Shown one piece after another: positions 28,071 to 40,079 of a stretch of DNA of 46,479 nt. The notes beneath the pieces were generated by a model. It was not told the origin of the DNA. It saw only the letters and a list, made by a program, of their open reading frames with translations, and did no database searches. The translations under genes and the position numbers were made by a program. Position 1 is the first letter of the stretch. Each line of letters opens with the position of its first letter. The DNA lies in NCBI GenBank assembly GCA_963754945.1, contig CAVWIG010000010.1, positions 1-46,479 of the forward strand. Reading direction: 5' to 3'. Source of the DNA: Methanotrichaceae archaeon. GTDB taxonomy: Archaea; Halobacteriota; Methanosarcinia; Methanotrichales; Methanotrichaceae.

Positions 28071-29060
28071 TGCTGTGTTGCATAATTATATATTATTATC
28101 ATTTTCATCAAGTAATTCATGATTTAGTCTATTACAATAAGCTATACACTTATAATTATATTATAAAAAATGAAAGCCCTTTGAATTTCCGAAATCATGC
28201 CATCGGTTGAAGATGCTCTCACGGTCTCCCCAAAAATCCGCTTGACTGAAGAGAATAACCTTCGACTGCCCATCGTCGTCCATATTGGTGCATTTGCTTC
28301 CAGGCTTGGTATCCGTTTTTCTTGAATTCGAGAACAGCATTTGACCTTGGTGAGGGCTCATCGCCAACTACGGCATTTTCCCTGATCTTTATTCCGGGAC
28401 ATTCCGCGCCTTTCTCAGCTAGTAGATTGAAGGCATCGTTGGTATCATATGCACCATCCATCAGTCCCTCTCTTACATCAATCTCTTTCAATAAAGGGCG
28501 CAACATCTCACTATCTGAAGTATCCTCCTCCGTAACCTCAATCGATAGGAGCTTCTTCGATTCGACATCAACAGCTACATGCACTTTTAGCCAGCCTTTA
28601 CGAGTCGTTCCATGCTTTTCGCGAATCCAATCACCCCTGTTTGTGACCTTTATGCCGGTCGAATCAACTGCAACGATAGCATCGTTTTCTGGAACTGTTA
28701 TTTGTAGAGCCAACTTTGAGATTCGTCGAAATAACGTAGTATAATCTGCGGCTACCAATCCTGGTTCATACTTGGAAATCTTTCCAATAAATCCTTCTAT
28801 CTGACGGTATGACATTCGCAAGAAGGAATAGATAACTGCAACAAAAATTATAAATGTATTGGGATATCTAAAAGGGGCGCCCGATTTTTTGTGGTTCATT
28901 TTCCTCAGTTCTTTATTCCAATTTTTCACGCATTGCAGGTCAAGATAGAATTCGCCCCTTCTTACAAGCTGAGCGTTGTATTCAGGCCAATTTCGTTGGT
29001 CTATATAGGTCATAACATAATATTTATATTTAAACTATTTATAGCTTCTGCAACACAGCA
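28071..29060 (-). mobile_element. IS5-family (IS903-like) insertion sequence
   Basis: 12-bp TIR TGCTGTGTTGCA; 8-bp TSD AGTTGCAA (28063-28070, 29061-29068). Confidence 0.92.
28142..29013 (-). CDS. IS5 transposase; frameshift near 28258
   Basis: RNWPEYNAQLVRRGE, DYTTL, VDSTGIK, WLKVH, DGAYD, RWAVE; alternative frame continues FSSVKRIFGE to a stop at 28142. Confidence 0.9.
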
Positions 29061-29237
29061 AGTTGCAAATCACTATCAATATTAAGTTTAGCTTTCGTGA
29101 AATCAAACAGAAATTATTCCTCCTGAGAGCATGATCGCTTATCCATAAATATTAAATACAATACTATCTCATTAAGATCTATAATTCTCTTTGCGGTTGG
29201 ATAAATTTAAATCAAATAGCTTGAATAAACTTGTGTT

Positions 29238-31457
29238 GTGTGGGAAGTGAAAGACATTCTGCTCAAGGTGGCCAAGGCCTACCCTAACGACTCAGCTCGT
29301 GGCATAGCCCGGCTGGACCCCAACGCTCTGCTCACCCTTCGGTTATCGCCAGGGGATATCATCGAGGTTGAGGGCAAGAGGCTCACAGCGGCCAAAGTAT
29401 GGCGAGCTGACAGACAGGACTGGTCACAGGATTACATAAGAATAGACGGGTTCATCAGACAGAACGCAGGCGTGGGCATAGGCGACCGGGTCAAGATCAG
29501 GAAGGCAAAGTACAGCGAGGCCATGAGAATAGTGCTAGCTCCTCCTCCCGGTTCCAACATGCACTATGGAGAGGAAGCAGCCGACCTGATCAAGAGGCAG
29601 ACCCTTAAGCGACCCATTGTTAAGGGCGATATCCTTCCCATAATGAGCTCTGCGAGCCATCCTTTCATCGGCCGGATGGAAGCGGTCCCCCTCGTGATCA
29701 CTGAGACGGATCCTGAAGGTGTCCTGGTAATCTCCGAGCGTACAGAGATCATCCTGATGGAGAAGCCTGCTAAGGGCTTTGGATCTGTAAAAGCTACAGG
29801 AACTACCTACGAGAACGTGGGCGGACTACGCACTGAGGTTCAGCGGGTCAGAGAGATGATCGAGCTTCCCATGAAGCACCCGGAAGTCTTCCAGAAACTG
29901 GGAATCGAGCCGCCCAAAGGAGTCCTTCTGTACGGCCCTCCAGGGACAGGCAAGACATTGATAGCCAAGGCTGTTGCCAACGAGAGCGGAGCCAACTTCC
30001 TGTCCATCGCCGGCCCTGAAATAATATCAAAATACTATGGGGAAAGCGAGCAGCGGCTACGGGAGATCTTCGAAGAGGCCAACAGAAACACTCCCTCCAT
30101 CATTTTCATAGATGAACTCGACTCCATAGCCCCAAAGAGAAGCGAGGTCACTGGAGAGGTCGAGCGTCGCGTTGTGGCACAGCTCTTGTCCATGATGGAC
30201 GGCCTCAAGGAGCGAGGCCAGGTGGTTGTCATCGGCGCAACCAACCGGGTAGATGCCATAGACCCTGCTTTGCGGCGACCTGGAAGGTTTGACAGGGAGA
30301 TTGAGATCGGTGTTCCCGACAGGAGCGAGCGCGTGGAGATCCTTCAGATCCACGTGCGCAACATGCCCATTAGCGAGGAAGTTAACCTGGAGAGCCTAGC
30401 TGACAGGACCCATGGTTTCGTCGGAGCGGACATAAACGCTCTGTGTAAGGAGGCGGCCATGAAGACGTTGCGCCGTTATCTGCCCGACCTGGGGACGGAG
30501 GATGAGATTCCCCAAGAGATCGTGGAGAAGATGACCGTCACCGCTGAGGATTTTGAGGAAGCCTTGAAAGGCATCGAGCCTTCCGCCATGAGAGAGGTTC
30601 TCATCGAGGTGCCCAAGGTTAGCTGGAAGGATCTGGGCGGACTGGGTCAGATCAAACAGGAGCTGATCGAGTCCATCGAGTGGCCCCTCAAGAGGCCGGA
30701 GAAGTTTCGACAAATGGGGATACGTCCTCCAAAGGGCATCCTCCTCTACGGCCCTCCGGGTACCGGCAAGACCATGATCGCCCAGGCGGTCGCCAACGAG
30801 ACCAACGCTAATTTCATAAGCATCCGTGGACCGCAGATGCTCTCCAAGTGGGTAGGAGAGTCGGAAAAAGCCATTCGAGAGATATTCAAGAAGGCCAAGC
30901 AGGTCTCTCCTTCAATCGTTTTCTTCGATGAGCTGGACTCCATTGCTCCGTTTCGGGGGATGGAGGATGGCAGCAGAGTAATGGAGCGCGTGGTCAACCA
31001 GCTATTGGCTGAGCTGGACGGCCTGGAGGCACTAAAAGATGTGGTGATCATCGCCGCCACTAACAGGCCGGACATAATCGATCCTGCCCTGCTTCGCTCC
31101 GGCAGGTTCGACCGCCTTGTGATGATCGGGGCTCCGGACAAGTTCGGCAGGCTGGAGATTCTCAAGATTCATACAAAAGAGATGCCAAACGCTGATGACG
31201 TGAACCTGGAGGAGCTGGCTGAACTCACGGAAGGGTACGTGGGATCCGATTTGGCCGCCCTGTGCAGAGAGGCGGTTATGCTGTCCTTACGAGAAAACCC
31301 GGATGCAAGCACAGTGGAGATGAACCACTACCGTGAGGCTTTGAAGAAGGTGAGGCCGAGCGTTGAGGAGAGCATGGTCAGTTATTACGAGCGGATCCAT
31401 GAGAGGTTCAAGGGCGGGGAGAAAGTGGAGCCTGCGTCTCTCGCCGGCTATAGATGA
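29238..31457 (+). CDS. cdc48: CDC48/VAT-family AAA+ ATPase (paralog 2)
   Basis: [20 protein letters not shown]; two GPPGTGKT modules. Confidence 0.97.
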   Translation: MWEVKDILLKVAKAYPNDSARGIARLDPNALLTLRLSPGDIIEVEGKRLTAAKVWRADRQDWSQDYIRIDGFIRQNAGVGIGDRVKIRKAKYSEAMRIVLAPPPGSNMHYGEEAADLIKRQTLKRPIVKGDILPIMSSASHPFIGRMEAVPLVITETDPEGVLVISERTEIILMEKPAKGFGSVKATGTTYENVGGLRTEVQRVREMIELPMKHPEVFQKLGIEPPKGVLLYGPPGTGKTLIAKAVANESGANFLSIAGPEIISKYYGESEQRLREIFEEANRNTPSIIFIDELDSIAPKRSEVTGEVERRVVAQLLSMMDGLKERGQVVVIGATNRVDAIDPALRRPGRFDREIEIGVPDRSERVEILQIHVRNMPISEEVNLESLADRTHGFVGADINALCKEAAMKTLRRYLPDLGTEDEIPQEIVEKMTVTAEDFEEALKGIEPSAMREVLIEVPKVSWKDLGGLGQIKQELIESIEWPLKRPEKFRQMGIRPPKGILLYGPPGTGKTMIAQAVANETNANFISIRGPQMLSKWVGESEKAIREIFKKAKQVSPSIVFFDELDSIAPFRGMEDGSRVMERVVNQLLAELDGLEALKDVVIIAATNRPDIIDPALLRSGRFDRLVMIGAPDKFGRLEILKIHTKEMPNADDVNLEELAELTEGYVGSDLAALCREAVMLSLRENPDASTVEMNHYREALKKVRPSVEESMVSYYERIHERFKGGEKVEPASLAGYR

Positions 31458-31552
31458 TCTAGTTGCAGAAATAGAAGAACGGTTGCCGCCTATCGAGGAA
31501 TTGAATGAAGGACGAAAGGCCCGAATTGAGATCTAAGGGATAGTGAGGGGAT

Positions 31553-31807
31553 ATGTCTAAGGTGTACGCTGGAAATCTTGCAGGTAAAGAGATTGTTACC
31601 GTTGAGGGCACAATTCTCGGTCATGTAGAGAACATGGTCTTCGACATTCAGACCGGAGTTCTCGTTGATCTCGTGGTAAAACCTGACTCAGAGCTTTCGC
31701 GCCAGAAGTACCGAGAGGAGGGCAAGTTCGTGCTCATACCTTTTGACTCGGTTTGCGCTGTCAAGGATTACATTGTAGTGGACGACAACAAGGCTATAAA
31801 GAAGTGA
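31553..31807 (+). CDS. PRC-barrel domain protein
   Basis: L.GKEIVT.EG..LG.V.N..FD..TG; IPFDSV.AVKDYIVV. Confidence 0.9.
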   Translation: MSKVYAGNLAGKEIVTVEGTILGHVENMVFDIQTGVLVDLVVKPDSELSRQKYREEGKFVLIPFDSVCAVKDYIVVDDNKAIKK

Positions 31808-32043
31808 ATCGGACTTAGGATAAAGACGTGACTCGTCTCTGCAAGCCTGTTGAATTGCCCTCAGCCTTGCAGGCATCCTGTTCCTAGGTTAATTACTCTA
31901 ATTCTAATACAATTTTTGTTTCTTTTTGCTTCTAATTCCATTCTCCAGCGGGGCGAGCATCCACGCAGTTTGATCTGGTCTATCTCAATTATCAATTATG
32001 TAATCTAAGATCTCCTCAGCAGCGCAGGGTAAGATGCCAACCG

Positions 32044-32051
32044 TTATATAA
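32044..32051 (+). promoter_or_regulatory. TATA box of rnpB
   Basis: TTATATAA ~25 nt upstream of the RNase P RNA. Confidence 0.65.
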
Positions 32052-32072
32052 GGCTAAAAAAGAAGACACAAA

Positions 32073-32378
32073 GAGCGAGAGAGGAAGGGCGGCCGCCGCT
32101 GGCTAACATTAGCCGGTGTGGAAAGTCTCCCCACCACTGGACACACAGACATCCCCAAAGGATGTGGGGCGAGAGCTCCGGCTCTGGCACAGAAACGAGA
32201 CCGCTCTGCGTCAATGCGATGATGCTGCAAGGCTGAGGTCGCGCAACAGCGGATGAAACGGCGAAACCCTGTGGGTGCAAGCCAAAATAGAGCAAGAAAA
32301 ATTGGACGTCCAGCCAAGCTCGGGTATGGCGCTAAGCTAAATGCCGCCGGAACAGAAGGGGGCTTACTCTCCTCACTC
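32073..32378 (+). ncRNA. rnpB: archaeal RNase P RNA
   Basis: Conserved GGAAAGTCTCCCCACC, ACAGAAAC, GGATGAAACGG, GGTGCAAG and ACAGAAGGGGGCTTACTC elements; complementary P1 ends. Confidence 0.93.
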
Positions 32379-32432
32379 GTTATCTATTAACGCCATCTAT
32401 CAGGCCATTTCCTTTAGCATTCGGTCTTTAAT

Positions 32433-33026
32433 TCACGTTAGCTCCGGAAACCCTTCGTCTGCGTGCATCGCGGCCCTGGCCGCCAGCCGCGCTACGCGCA
32501 CTGGCTCAGGTATTCTTCCATCCAGTGTAAATTTATTGAGCAAAACTCTGGCATCTTCAGCAGTCGCTCCCAGAGCCCTGATATAGACCTCGTAGCCTGT
32601 CTTCAGTCGGATCATCTCGCGCTGGCCTAGGCGGTTATAACTGTTCAGCTTATCTTCAGAGTTCGGGAAATATTCGTGAATGTATCTCTCTAAGCCGGGG
32701 GATTCCTCGTAAGTCAAACAGATCACTGGTTTCCGGATTTTGTCGAATACCTCCTGGATGTCGATGATATTGAACCAGCTTATCACCGCGCCGCTTAGGA
32801 TCACAGCGTTAATGTCCGCTCGGCCAAGCTGCTTGTATATATTCAGCACTCCTTCTGTAGCATCGTCTCCTCCAACTGTTGCCCTGGCAAAGGCCATGCC
32901 ATCCACGCGCAGGTCGGCGCGCATCACTACGCCAGCTAGGCGCGAGCTGGGACACGTCCGCACGAAGCTCTCGGCGATGCCTAAGGTTCGGAGGGCGGGC
33001 TTGTTGAGGTGAAGTGGCACGAGCAT
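32433..33026 (-). CDS. DUF99 (endonuclease V-like) family protein
   Basis: LGIAESF, GVVMRAD..VDG, VGGDDAT, ISWFNIID, PEPVRVAR. Confidence 0.88.
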   Translation of the reverse strand: MLVPLHLNKPALRTLGIAESFVRTCPSSRLAGVVMRADLRVDGMAFARATVGGDDATEGVLNIYKQLGRADINAVILSGAVISWFNIIDIQEVFDKIRKPVICLTYEESPGLERYIHEYFPNSEDKLNSYNRLGQREMIRLKTGYEVYIRALGATAEDARVLLNKFTLDGRIPEPVRVARLAARAAMHADEGFPELT

Positions 33027-33471
33027 CCTATTGGACTTCTTAGATGAAAATATTTTGGGAAACAGAGATAGTGCGTCCCTTCCAGATCCTATCAGAAATG
33101 GCAAGAAGAGCTGGCGGATTTCAAGGCTGCTCTAGAGCTGGTCCTATAGATCTGTGGTAAGAGGACCATGACAAGGGAACTGGCAATGACTGAGCATGGA
33201 CATGTCTGGAGCCAAAGCGTTACATCAAACGACATAACCCGGAGTGCGTGTGCGCTTCGGTATTTTTAAGTGCATATGACAGGCCTATTCTCTCTTTTGT
33301 TCTAGATAATCTCTAATCGCTTATGGCAAGCTGTCAATTCTGTTACTCTGTGGATTGATTTATCGACAATTGCCAGCTATCGAATAATCGTACTTGCTCA
33401 ATATTACGTTGAATTCCCCAATCGAGTGAGTGCATGGACCAAAAATTATTAATACATATATCTAAAATATT

Positions 33472-34901
33472 TTGTTTGTGCCAGATATCATACACGAGGC
33501 CATAATCAACCTCGATGTAGACAAGATCAACTTCGACGATAAAGAAGCGATGAAAGAATTGATCCTCCAGCTTCTAAGCACAATAGAGCAATTAGCCCAG
33601 TCAAATCAAGAACTCCGCAAAGACAATCAACAGCTAAAGGATGAAATAAACCGGCTGAAAGGTGAGAAAGGCCGTCCTAAAATACTGCCGGACAATCCTG
33701 AATACCAGGCTAATGTGCCGAAGGAAAAACCCAAAAAATGGCATAAAGATAGCAAGAAACCAAAGATAAAAATCGACAGGACAGAATACATTAAAATTGA
33801 TAAATCGATTCTTCCACATGATGCCAAGCATAACGGCTATAGACGGGTCATAAAGCAGAACATAAAATTTGAAACCGACAACGTGGAATATTGGTTGGAA
33901 CGCTACTATTCGCCGTCCCTGAAAAAGACCTATGAAGCAGAACTTGCCGAGTCCCTTAAGAACACGGAATTTGGAAGTCATCTGAAAGCATTCATCGCTT
34001 ACCTCTACTATGCGGGAAGGGTTACTGAGAATAGGATCCACAAGATCCTAGAAGAGATCGGCATAATAATCTCGGAAGGCGAGATCTCAAACATACTGAC
34101 CAAGGAAAAGAGCAATGCATATGCGATAGAGAAGCAGGCCTTATTTGAAACTGGTGTGAATCGGGCTGATTATCTTAACATTGATGAGACAGGCGCGAGG
34201 CATAAAGGCAATAACCATTATTTGCACGTTGTCTGCAACAAGTTCTTTAGTGCTTTCTTTATCAGGCAAACCAAAGGAAGTGATACAATCAGACATTTCT
34301 TTGGGCTAAATGATGAGGAGCAGATAGATTTACCATTATCTCGGATGATGCCGGGCAGTACATAGATGTATCGTCACACCATGCTCTGTGCTGGATACAT
34401 GAAATACGACACTACAAAAAGATGAATCCTTTTCTAATTCATCATAAGTCGGTTCTTAATATGTTTTTAACTGAGCTTTGGAAGTTCTATGAATTGCTTA
34501 CACAATATAAGGAGAATCCTAATAAAATTATGAGTAAGTATGTCCAGGAGAGGTTTGATTCGATATTCTCGACAGTAACTGGTTACGGGACGTTGGATGA
34601 TCGCATTACAAAGACTAAGAAAAAGAAACAAGAGTTGTTGCTGGTGTTGGATTTTCCAAATGTTCCGCTTCATAACAATCTCGCAGAGATAGCTGTGCGA
34701 GAAGGTGTGATCAAGAGAAAAATCAGTTATGGAACAAGAAGTGAACTCGGCAAGCTTGCATGGGAAAACATGCTCTCTATAATCGATACTTGCAGGAAGC
34801 TCGGAATAAGCTTTTACAAATATCTTTATGATATATTCTCAGATAGTTATTCTATGCCAAAGTTATCCGATCTCATTCTCAGTGCTAGTAAAATCAACTG
34901 A
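33472..34901 (+). mobile_element. IS66-like transposase, frameshifted near 34335; ends not identified
   Basis: N-terminal coiled coil, IDETG, ISDDAGQ, HALCWIHE, PLHNNLAE..R..VIKRKIS.GTRS motifs. Confidence 0.85.
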
Positions 34902-35034
34902 TTTAGGACTTACGCAGTTGAATCTTTCGACAATGAATAATAAGGATATTTTATATATTCGCGAATTGACTCGCGAATAATTCTTCGCTTAGATTCGAAC
35001 CAACTTATTCCTATTCTAAGCCTTTCTACTTCTA

Positions 35035-36117
35035 TAGTCAATCTCCTAGCTTTTTGCATTAAGAAATCGTTCTACCCAGGACTTTGAATATCCATCCTTT
35101 TTGGAATAAAATATTTCTAAAGCGCAGTCTTGGCTAGCAATAATTGCTTCATCAAAATTAGTGTATTTGGAGATCTCTCTTTTAAAATCCTTCCAGCCGA
35201 ATTCTATAGGATTCAAATCTGGAGAATATGGGATGTTATAAATCAAGTGGATATCGATTTCCTCAGCTAATTTTCTAAATTTCTTGGCTAAATGAATTTT
35301 AGCATTGTCTAAAAGTATACAAATTGGTCTCATAATATTATTGATCCTTATATTTCGAGCAAAATCCATCAATGCCTCCTTCTTAGAGGAGTTGGAAACC
35401 ATAACCTCATCATTGCCGTTTAATGCAATAAATCCAAAAACGGTTTTTGATCTAACCTTTCCAGGTTTATAATTTATAATATGAGTGTTTAAGACTCTAC
35501 GTGTATTGGGGCGCTGTTGTAAGGAGCTTTCATCGAGAAATCCTATAATAGGATCTGTAACTGTGGTCAGCACCGATTTTATCCTTTTTTTAAAAAAATT
35601 TCTGCGTCAACAGGCCTCTTTTCATTTCTAATGTATGGCTTCCCATACTTAACTTTTTTTACTATTCTTAAAATTCTCCAGCCATATTTATATGAGAAGT
35701 CTTTGCCCCTTGTGTCTTTTACATATTTTAATACGTCTTTTATCATCATTCCTTTGCCTTCAATTTCTTTTATAACTTCATCCCATTCATCAAGAGACAT
35801 CTTTGGCTTTTTGCCATTTCTATTCCGTGGTATCAATCCATTGTAGCCTTGATCATTCCACCTACTTAACCAATATTTTATTGTCCTCTCGCTTCTTTTT
35901 AAAATATTAGCTACCTCATATACATTTTTCCCTTCATATAAATATATTATTGCCAATAACCGTTCCTTAATCCTTAAATTAGTCTCTTTTTTATATAATT
36001 TATCGAGGTCTATCTTTGATATATGCCTCATTACAATAGGTTTTCTACCCATACCTAATTATATCACACATTAGTTATAAAAGGTATCTATAAGGCAATA
36101 ATCTATAGGATTAACTA
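35035..36117 (-). mobile_element. IS630-family element (OrfA 35579-36052, OrfB 35046-35573, -1 frameshift)
   Basis: TA duplication at 35033-35034 and 36118-36119; TIR TAGTCAATC / GATTAACTA; FLDES, LDNA, PYSPDLNPIE motifs; A7 slippery run at the OrfA end. Confidence 0.92.
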
Positions 36118-36996
36118 TAATCTGAGAAACGCTCTCAGGGAGAACATTATGTGTGCTCTCTGGGACTGACTTTTTCTTGCTTGACAGCTTTCGACTCCAC
36201 AGAATTGCTTTATGCCTCTGTGATATTCCTCAATCTTCCAGGAATATCCACCAAATTTTTCGCGTTTAGCTTCGTCTATCTCCAGCACGTCAGTTGCCCA
36301 GTATCCTATGTCACCGTCATTAGAGACTATCCGGAATACTTTTATAAAACCATAAGCTTTTAAATGCACTTCCCTGCCTTGCAGCGGTATCTCTATCTCC
36401 TGAATTTGCATATTTTTGGTGTTATTCGGATTCACTAGCCTATTTTTCTTCAATCGGGTCAGCCAGTGCCATCCAGACTTTCGTATGGTTTTGAGATTAT
36501 CTACACTGGCATACCAGCTATCGAAGAGAACAATACAGGGCTGAAAACGCCGTTCTTTTGCTTTGGCAAGCATATCTCGAAAATGATCATTTTTTGTCTT
36601 GCCGTCGACATCTATATCGTAGATTCGGAAATCAACGGGAATTATAGCGTTTCCATCTGTCCACAGCAACGTACAAATATTGATTCCATTCACCAATCGA
36701 TGCTGTTTTCCACTCCATTGATGATAGACTAGGCTCATATTTTTAGCATATGGCTTGTCCAACGTCGTATCGTCAATAACCAAGAAACCATTTTGAGGCT
36801 GAACAATATCCTTTACCTCATTCCACAACGTATCCGTATCTGGAGGCTGTCTTTGTAGAAGACGGGTAAATGCATCATGCGATGGACTATTTTCTCCTAC
36901 TGGCTGGCACCTTGCAGCCTCAGTACAGGTAAAAACATCTACTGATGCTATCAGAAAGTGAATATAATCAAGATCATCGCACTTGGAAGGATTCAA
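36115..36996 (-). pseudogene. IS701 transposase, 5' part (disrupted by IS630)
   Basis: SHDAFTRLL, IDDTTLDK, FDSWYAS, WKIEEYHRGIKQ. Confidence 0.9.
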
Positions 36997-37079
36997 GTTC
37001 AGCCCTATCCCATTTATTTGTTGGTATTAATATAGCATATGCAATATAAGAAGATTCTGCCAAGTGCGTAAGTCCTATA

Positions 37080-37709
37080 GAGGATCTGGGGAGATACAAT
37101 GAATCCCTCTCAGCCTTCGAAGAAGCTATTAAGATCGATCCCAAGGATTCTAAGTCCTGGAGTGCCAAAGCCGGTCAGCTTGTCCAACAGAAGAGATACA
37201 ACGAGTCCTTGCAAGCTTACGACAAAGCTATCGAGCTGATACCGGAGAACGATAACAAAGATCTTGCTTTGGCCTGGTTAGCAAAGGGAGATGCTTTGAA
37301 CAAGACGGGCAAGCAGAAGGAGGCCCTGGCAGCATTCCAGATGTCTGTAAACGCTTCCGACAAAGCTATTCAGAATGACTCCAACGACACGAGCGTCCTT
37401 GAACAAAAGGGCAGGGCTCTCTTCAAGCTGGCAATGTACGATGAGGCAATAAGGACTTACGACAAAGCCATCGAAAGGGCTTCGCCTGGCTCGTTCTACG
37501 CTCCAATGGCCTGGATAGGAAAGGGCAATACGCTGCGAGCACAAGGAGAGGACGAGGAAGCGCTGGAAGCTTACAACAAGGCCATCGATCTGAGTCCGAT
37601 CTTTGCTGAAGCCTGGCAGGGCATGGGCGAAGCCCAGAAGGCTTTGGGAAAAGTTACAGAGGCAAGCGGCTCATTCTATTTGGCCAAGAAGCTGGGGTAT
37701 GAAGGTTAA
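37080..37709 (+). pseudogene. TPR protein, 5'-truncated by IS701
   Basis: TPR frame extends upstream of the listed start (EDLGRYNESLSAFEEAIKIDP...) to the IS701 end. Confidence 0.8.
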
Positions 37710-37826
37710 CCCCAGAATTATCTTTTTAACATCTCAACGTCGCTCGTATGGATTAGGTAGTGGAATTTCAATTTGGCGAATTCTGATTCCGAAAGAAGCT
37801 TGTACTCCCTGTTCTTTCCTGATCTC

Positions 37827-38450
37827 ATGCGAACTTTCATCGTAGTAGGACATAAGGCCACTACAACTCCCAATTTCTCTCTTGAGGACATCCCCGGAAC
37901 CTCCGGCCGCCTCGACATCCTCTGCCGGTGCATCAACGCGGCCTTCGTCCTGTCTCACGGAATCAGGCACGACGTTCGTATTCTATTGGTTCTGTGCGGC
38001 GGCGAACCCCACAAGACAGTGTGTCTCAGAGGAGAAGATCTGCGCCATCTGAACCCGGACGAAAGGACTACGGCAGCTCTGCTCAAGAAGGCTTTGGCGA
38101 TTGCGGCAGGGCCGGAGTGGTCAATGTCCACTTCCGGCATCTTTGTGCGCACAGGCGGGCTGGACGAGATCCTGTCTGATCTAAAGACAAAAGGCATTAC
38201 GCCCGTGTATCTGAGAGAGGATGGTATGGATGTTCACAAGGCCAATTGCAATCTTTCGGGCGATGCTGTCTTCATCCTGGGAGACCACCTGGGAATGACT
38301 CCGGAGGAAGAAACACAGATCATGCAAGCCGGGGCGGAAGTGGTCTCCATAGGCCCAGCCAGCCTGCATGCTGACCACTGTATTGTCCTAGTAAACTGGA
38401 TGCTGGATACGGGTATGATTGTGGAGATCAAACATAGTTCGATCGATTAA
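37827..38450 (+). CDS. trmY: tRNA (pseudouridine54-N1)-methyltransferase
   Basis: MRTFIVVGHKA, SGRLDILCRC, SHGIR, LNPDER, FILGDH, SLHADHCI. Confidence 0.95.
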   Translation: MRTFIVVGHKATTTPNFSLEDIPGTSGRLDILCRCINAAFVLSHGIRHDVRILLVLCGGEPHKTVCLRGEDLRHLNPDERTTAALLKKALAIAAGPEWSMSTSGIFVRTGGLDEILSDLKTKGITPVYLREDGMDVHKANCNLSGDAVFILGDHLGMTPEEETQIMQAGAEVVSIGPASLHADHCIVLVNWMLDTGMIVEIKHSSID

Positions 38451-38478
38451 CTAGAGACAAACTGGCACCGAACCGGCA

Positions 38479-39083
38479 TCAATCAGTCGTTCGTTGCATC
38501 TGTTTGTTGGGCCTTTTACTGGTCTGTTTCGCCATCTCCATCACTCTCACGATGAAGTCTGTCTTGCCCTTTGTATAGGCCACGCGGTCATTCGGGTATT
38601 CGGCTGCCAGACGTATCTTCAATCTCTGGTATTCCTGAGCGACGTATGGATGCGCTGCTAGATGGTCCCGAAAGAGGAGGCGCTTCCAGTGTTCAAGATG
38701 GCTTTCGATCATGTGGATGTGATGAGTTCGTTTGCCGCTGGAATCTCGCTTGATAAACCAGGCATAGAATGGCGACGTGTCATCGCCCCACGTCGGCCTC
38801 CAGAAGTAGTCGTACCCTTGTGATTCCAGAATAGGGACGATCCTGCCTCTTGTTCATCGAGAGATGTGACTTCCACCAGCGTGTCGACGATCGGCTTTGC
38901 CGCTAGCCCAGGCACAGCGGTGCTGCCGAAATGTTCAACTCGCCCGATGAGTTCGCGTGGCAGACACGCCAAAAGGTACTCTTTCTCTTTGAGGAATGGC
39001 CTGGGCCACTCAGGGTCGTACGGGACATTGGCTACATCCTCATGCACTGCCCTAAGAATTCGCTCATCGAGAGTCTCAGCCAT
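38479..39083 (-). CDS. GrpB/UPF0157 family protein, frameshifted
   Basis: YDPEWP, EHFGSTAVPGLAAKPIVD, FRDHL, Y..LK, YTKGKT motifs across two ORFs. Confidence 0.85.
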
Positions 39084-39142
39084 TTAATCATCCGACCGGC
39101 AAGACAGGCCGTCATTGCCCAATTCATTAATTTCTTCCAGGA

Positions 39143-39451
39143 CTATTCTTCGAAATGCCTGACAGCATCGGGCAAACAGCTCACTACACCTCTTATGCCT
39201 GATACAGTCAGCGTTAGGAGAATGGCATCCACTACTTCCTCCTTGGACGCTCCGAGTTTCTTGGCCATGAGAATATGGGCATTGACAGCAGAAACATCGC
39301 CCTGGGATGCTTTCATGGCTATATAGATTAGCTGTTTGGTCTTCGGGTCCAATCCTTTTGAGGCCACGATCGCCTTAATCAAATCATCAAATGCTTTTGC
39401 AACCTCAGGCGCTTCCGCCTGAAAAAGCTCCATGGGATTTTTATCGATCAT
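39143..39451 (-). CDS. carboxymuconolactone decarboxylase-family protein
   Basis: LDPKTKQLIYIA...H...AKKLGASKEEV. Confidence 0.88.
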   Translation of the reverse strand: MIDKNPMELFQAEAPEVAKAFDDLIKAIVASKGLDPKTKQLIYIAMKASQGDVSAVNAHILMAKKLGASKEEVVDAILLTLTVSGIRGVVSCLPDAVRHFEE

Positions 39452-39605
39452 GCTCTTACCTTTTTTGGAGGGAACAAGTGGCAGTCAATAATTTATGCTT
39501 TTAGGCCAAAAATGGTGAGTGAAGGAAACCTTCACGATCTTTGGGTCGAGGCTGGTTCTGAGCTTGCCCAAAATTACTTATCAAATGTTGGTGTACCTTA
39601 CATCG

Positions 39606-39896
39606 ATGCCTGAAAAGAGAGATACAATCGTGATCTGGCCGATCTATTTCGATTCCACCAAAACACGGAGCGAAGGAAGGATGGTCTCAGCCGAAGATTC
39701 GGTGCCAAACCCTAGCGTCGACGATGTAATAGCAGCCACCTTGAAGGCTGGTATCAAGCCAGAGATAGAGCGAGAGAAGAAGCACCCAAGCACATGGCAA
39801 GCGAGTTCGGGAAGGATACTGGTGCCCAAGAGTGAGCACAAAACGGTCGTATTGAAGAAAATTGCCAGTTCCCTAAAAGCAAAGGGCAGGGGCTAG
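39606..39896 (+). CDS. srp19: signal recognition particle 19 kDa protein
   Basis: VIWPIYFDSTKTRSEGR, KKHP..W..SGRILV, KT..LK.IA. Confidence 0.92.
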   Translation: MPEKRDTIVIWPIYFDSTKTRSEGRMVSAEDSVPNPSVDDVIAATLKAGIKPEIEREKKHPSTWQASSGRILVPKSEHKTVVLKKIASSLKAKGRG

Positions 39897-40079
39897 AGTT
39901 CAAGATAATTCTGTACCTTAAAATTATCATCTCAACGGCAATATCGCTTCTGGTTGGATGACAAGTTATCTCGACCAACTATTCGAAACGCAATTGTAGT
40001 CTCCCCTTCGATCGATGCACAAAGGTCAAAGTAAAATCCGCCGGTCAAACTCATATAGACTCAGTTTCAACTAGAAGAT

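Larger units (their letters stand above)
34904..37077 (-). mobile_element. IS701-family element interrupted by IS630
   Basis: TIRs TAGGACTTACGCA / TGCGTAAGTCCTA; transposase 36996-36118 resumes at 35034 as EVERLRIGISWFESKRRIIRESIR. Confidence 0.92.

Noticed and set aside
17027-31165. Numerous antisense or overlapping ORFs within purL, purQ, ku, cdc48 and others
   Set aside because: Shadow frames of GC-rich codon usage with no recognisable motifs.
32044-32317. ORFs 32044-32295 and 32054-32317
   Set aside because: Antisense to the RNase P RNA; spurious.
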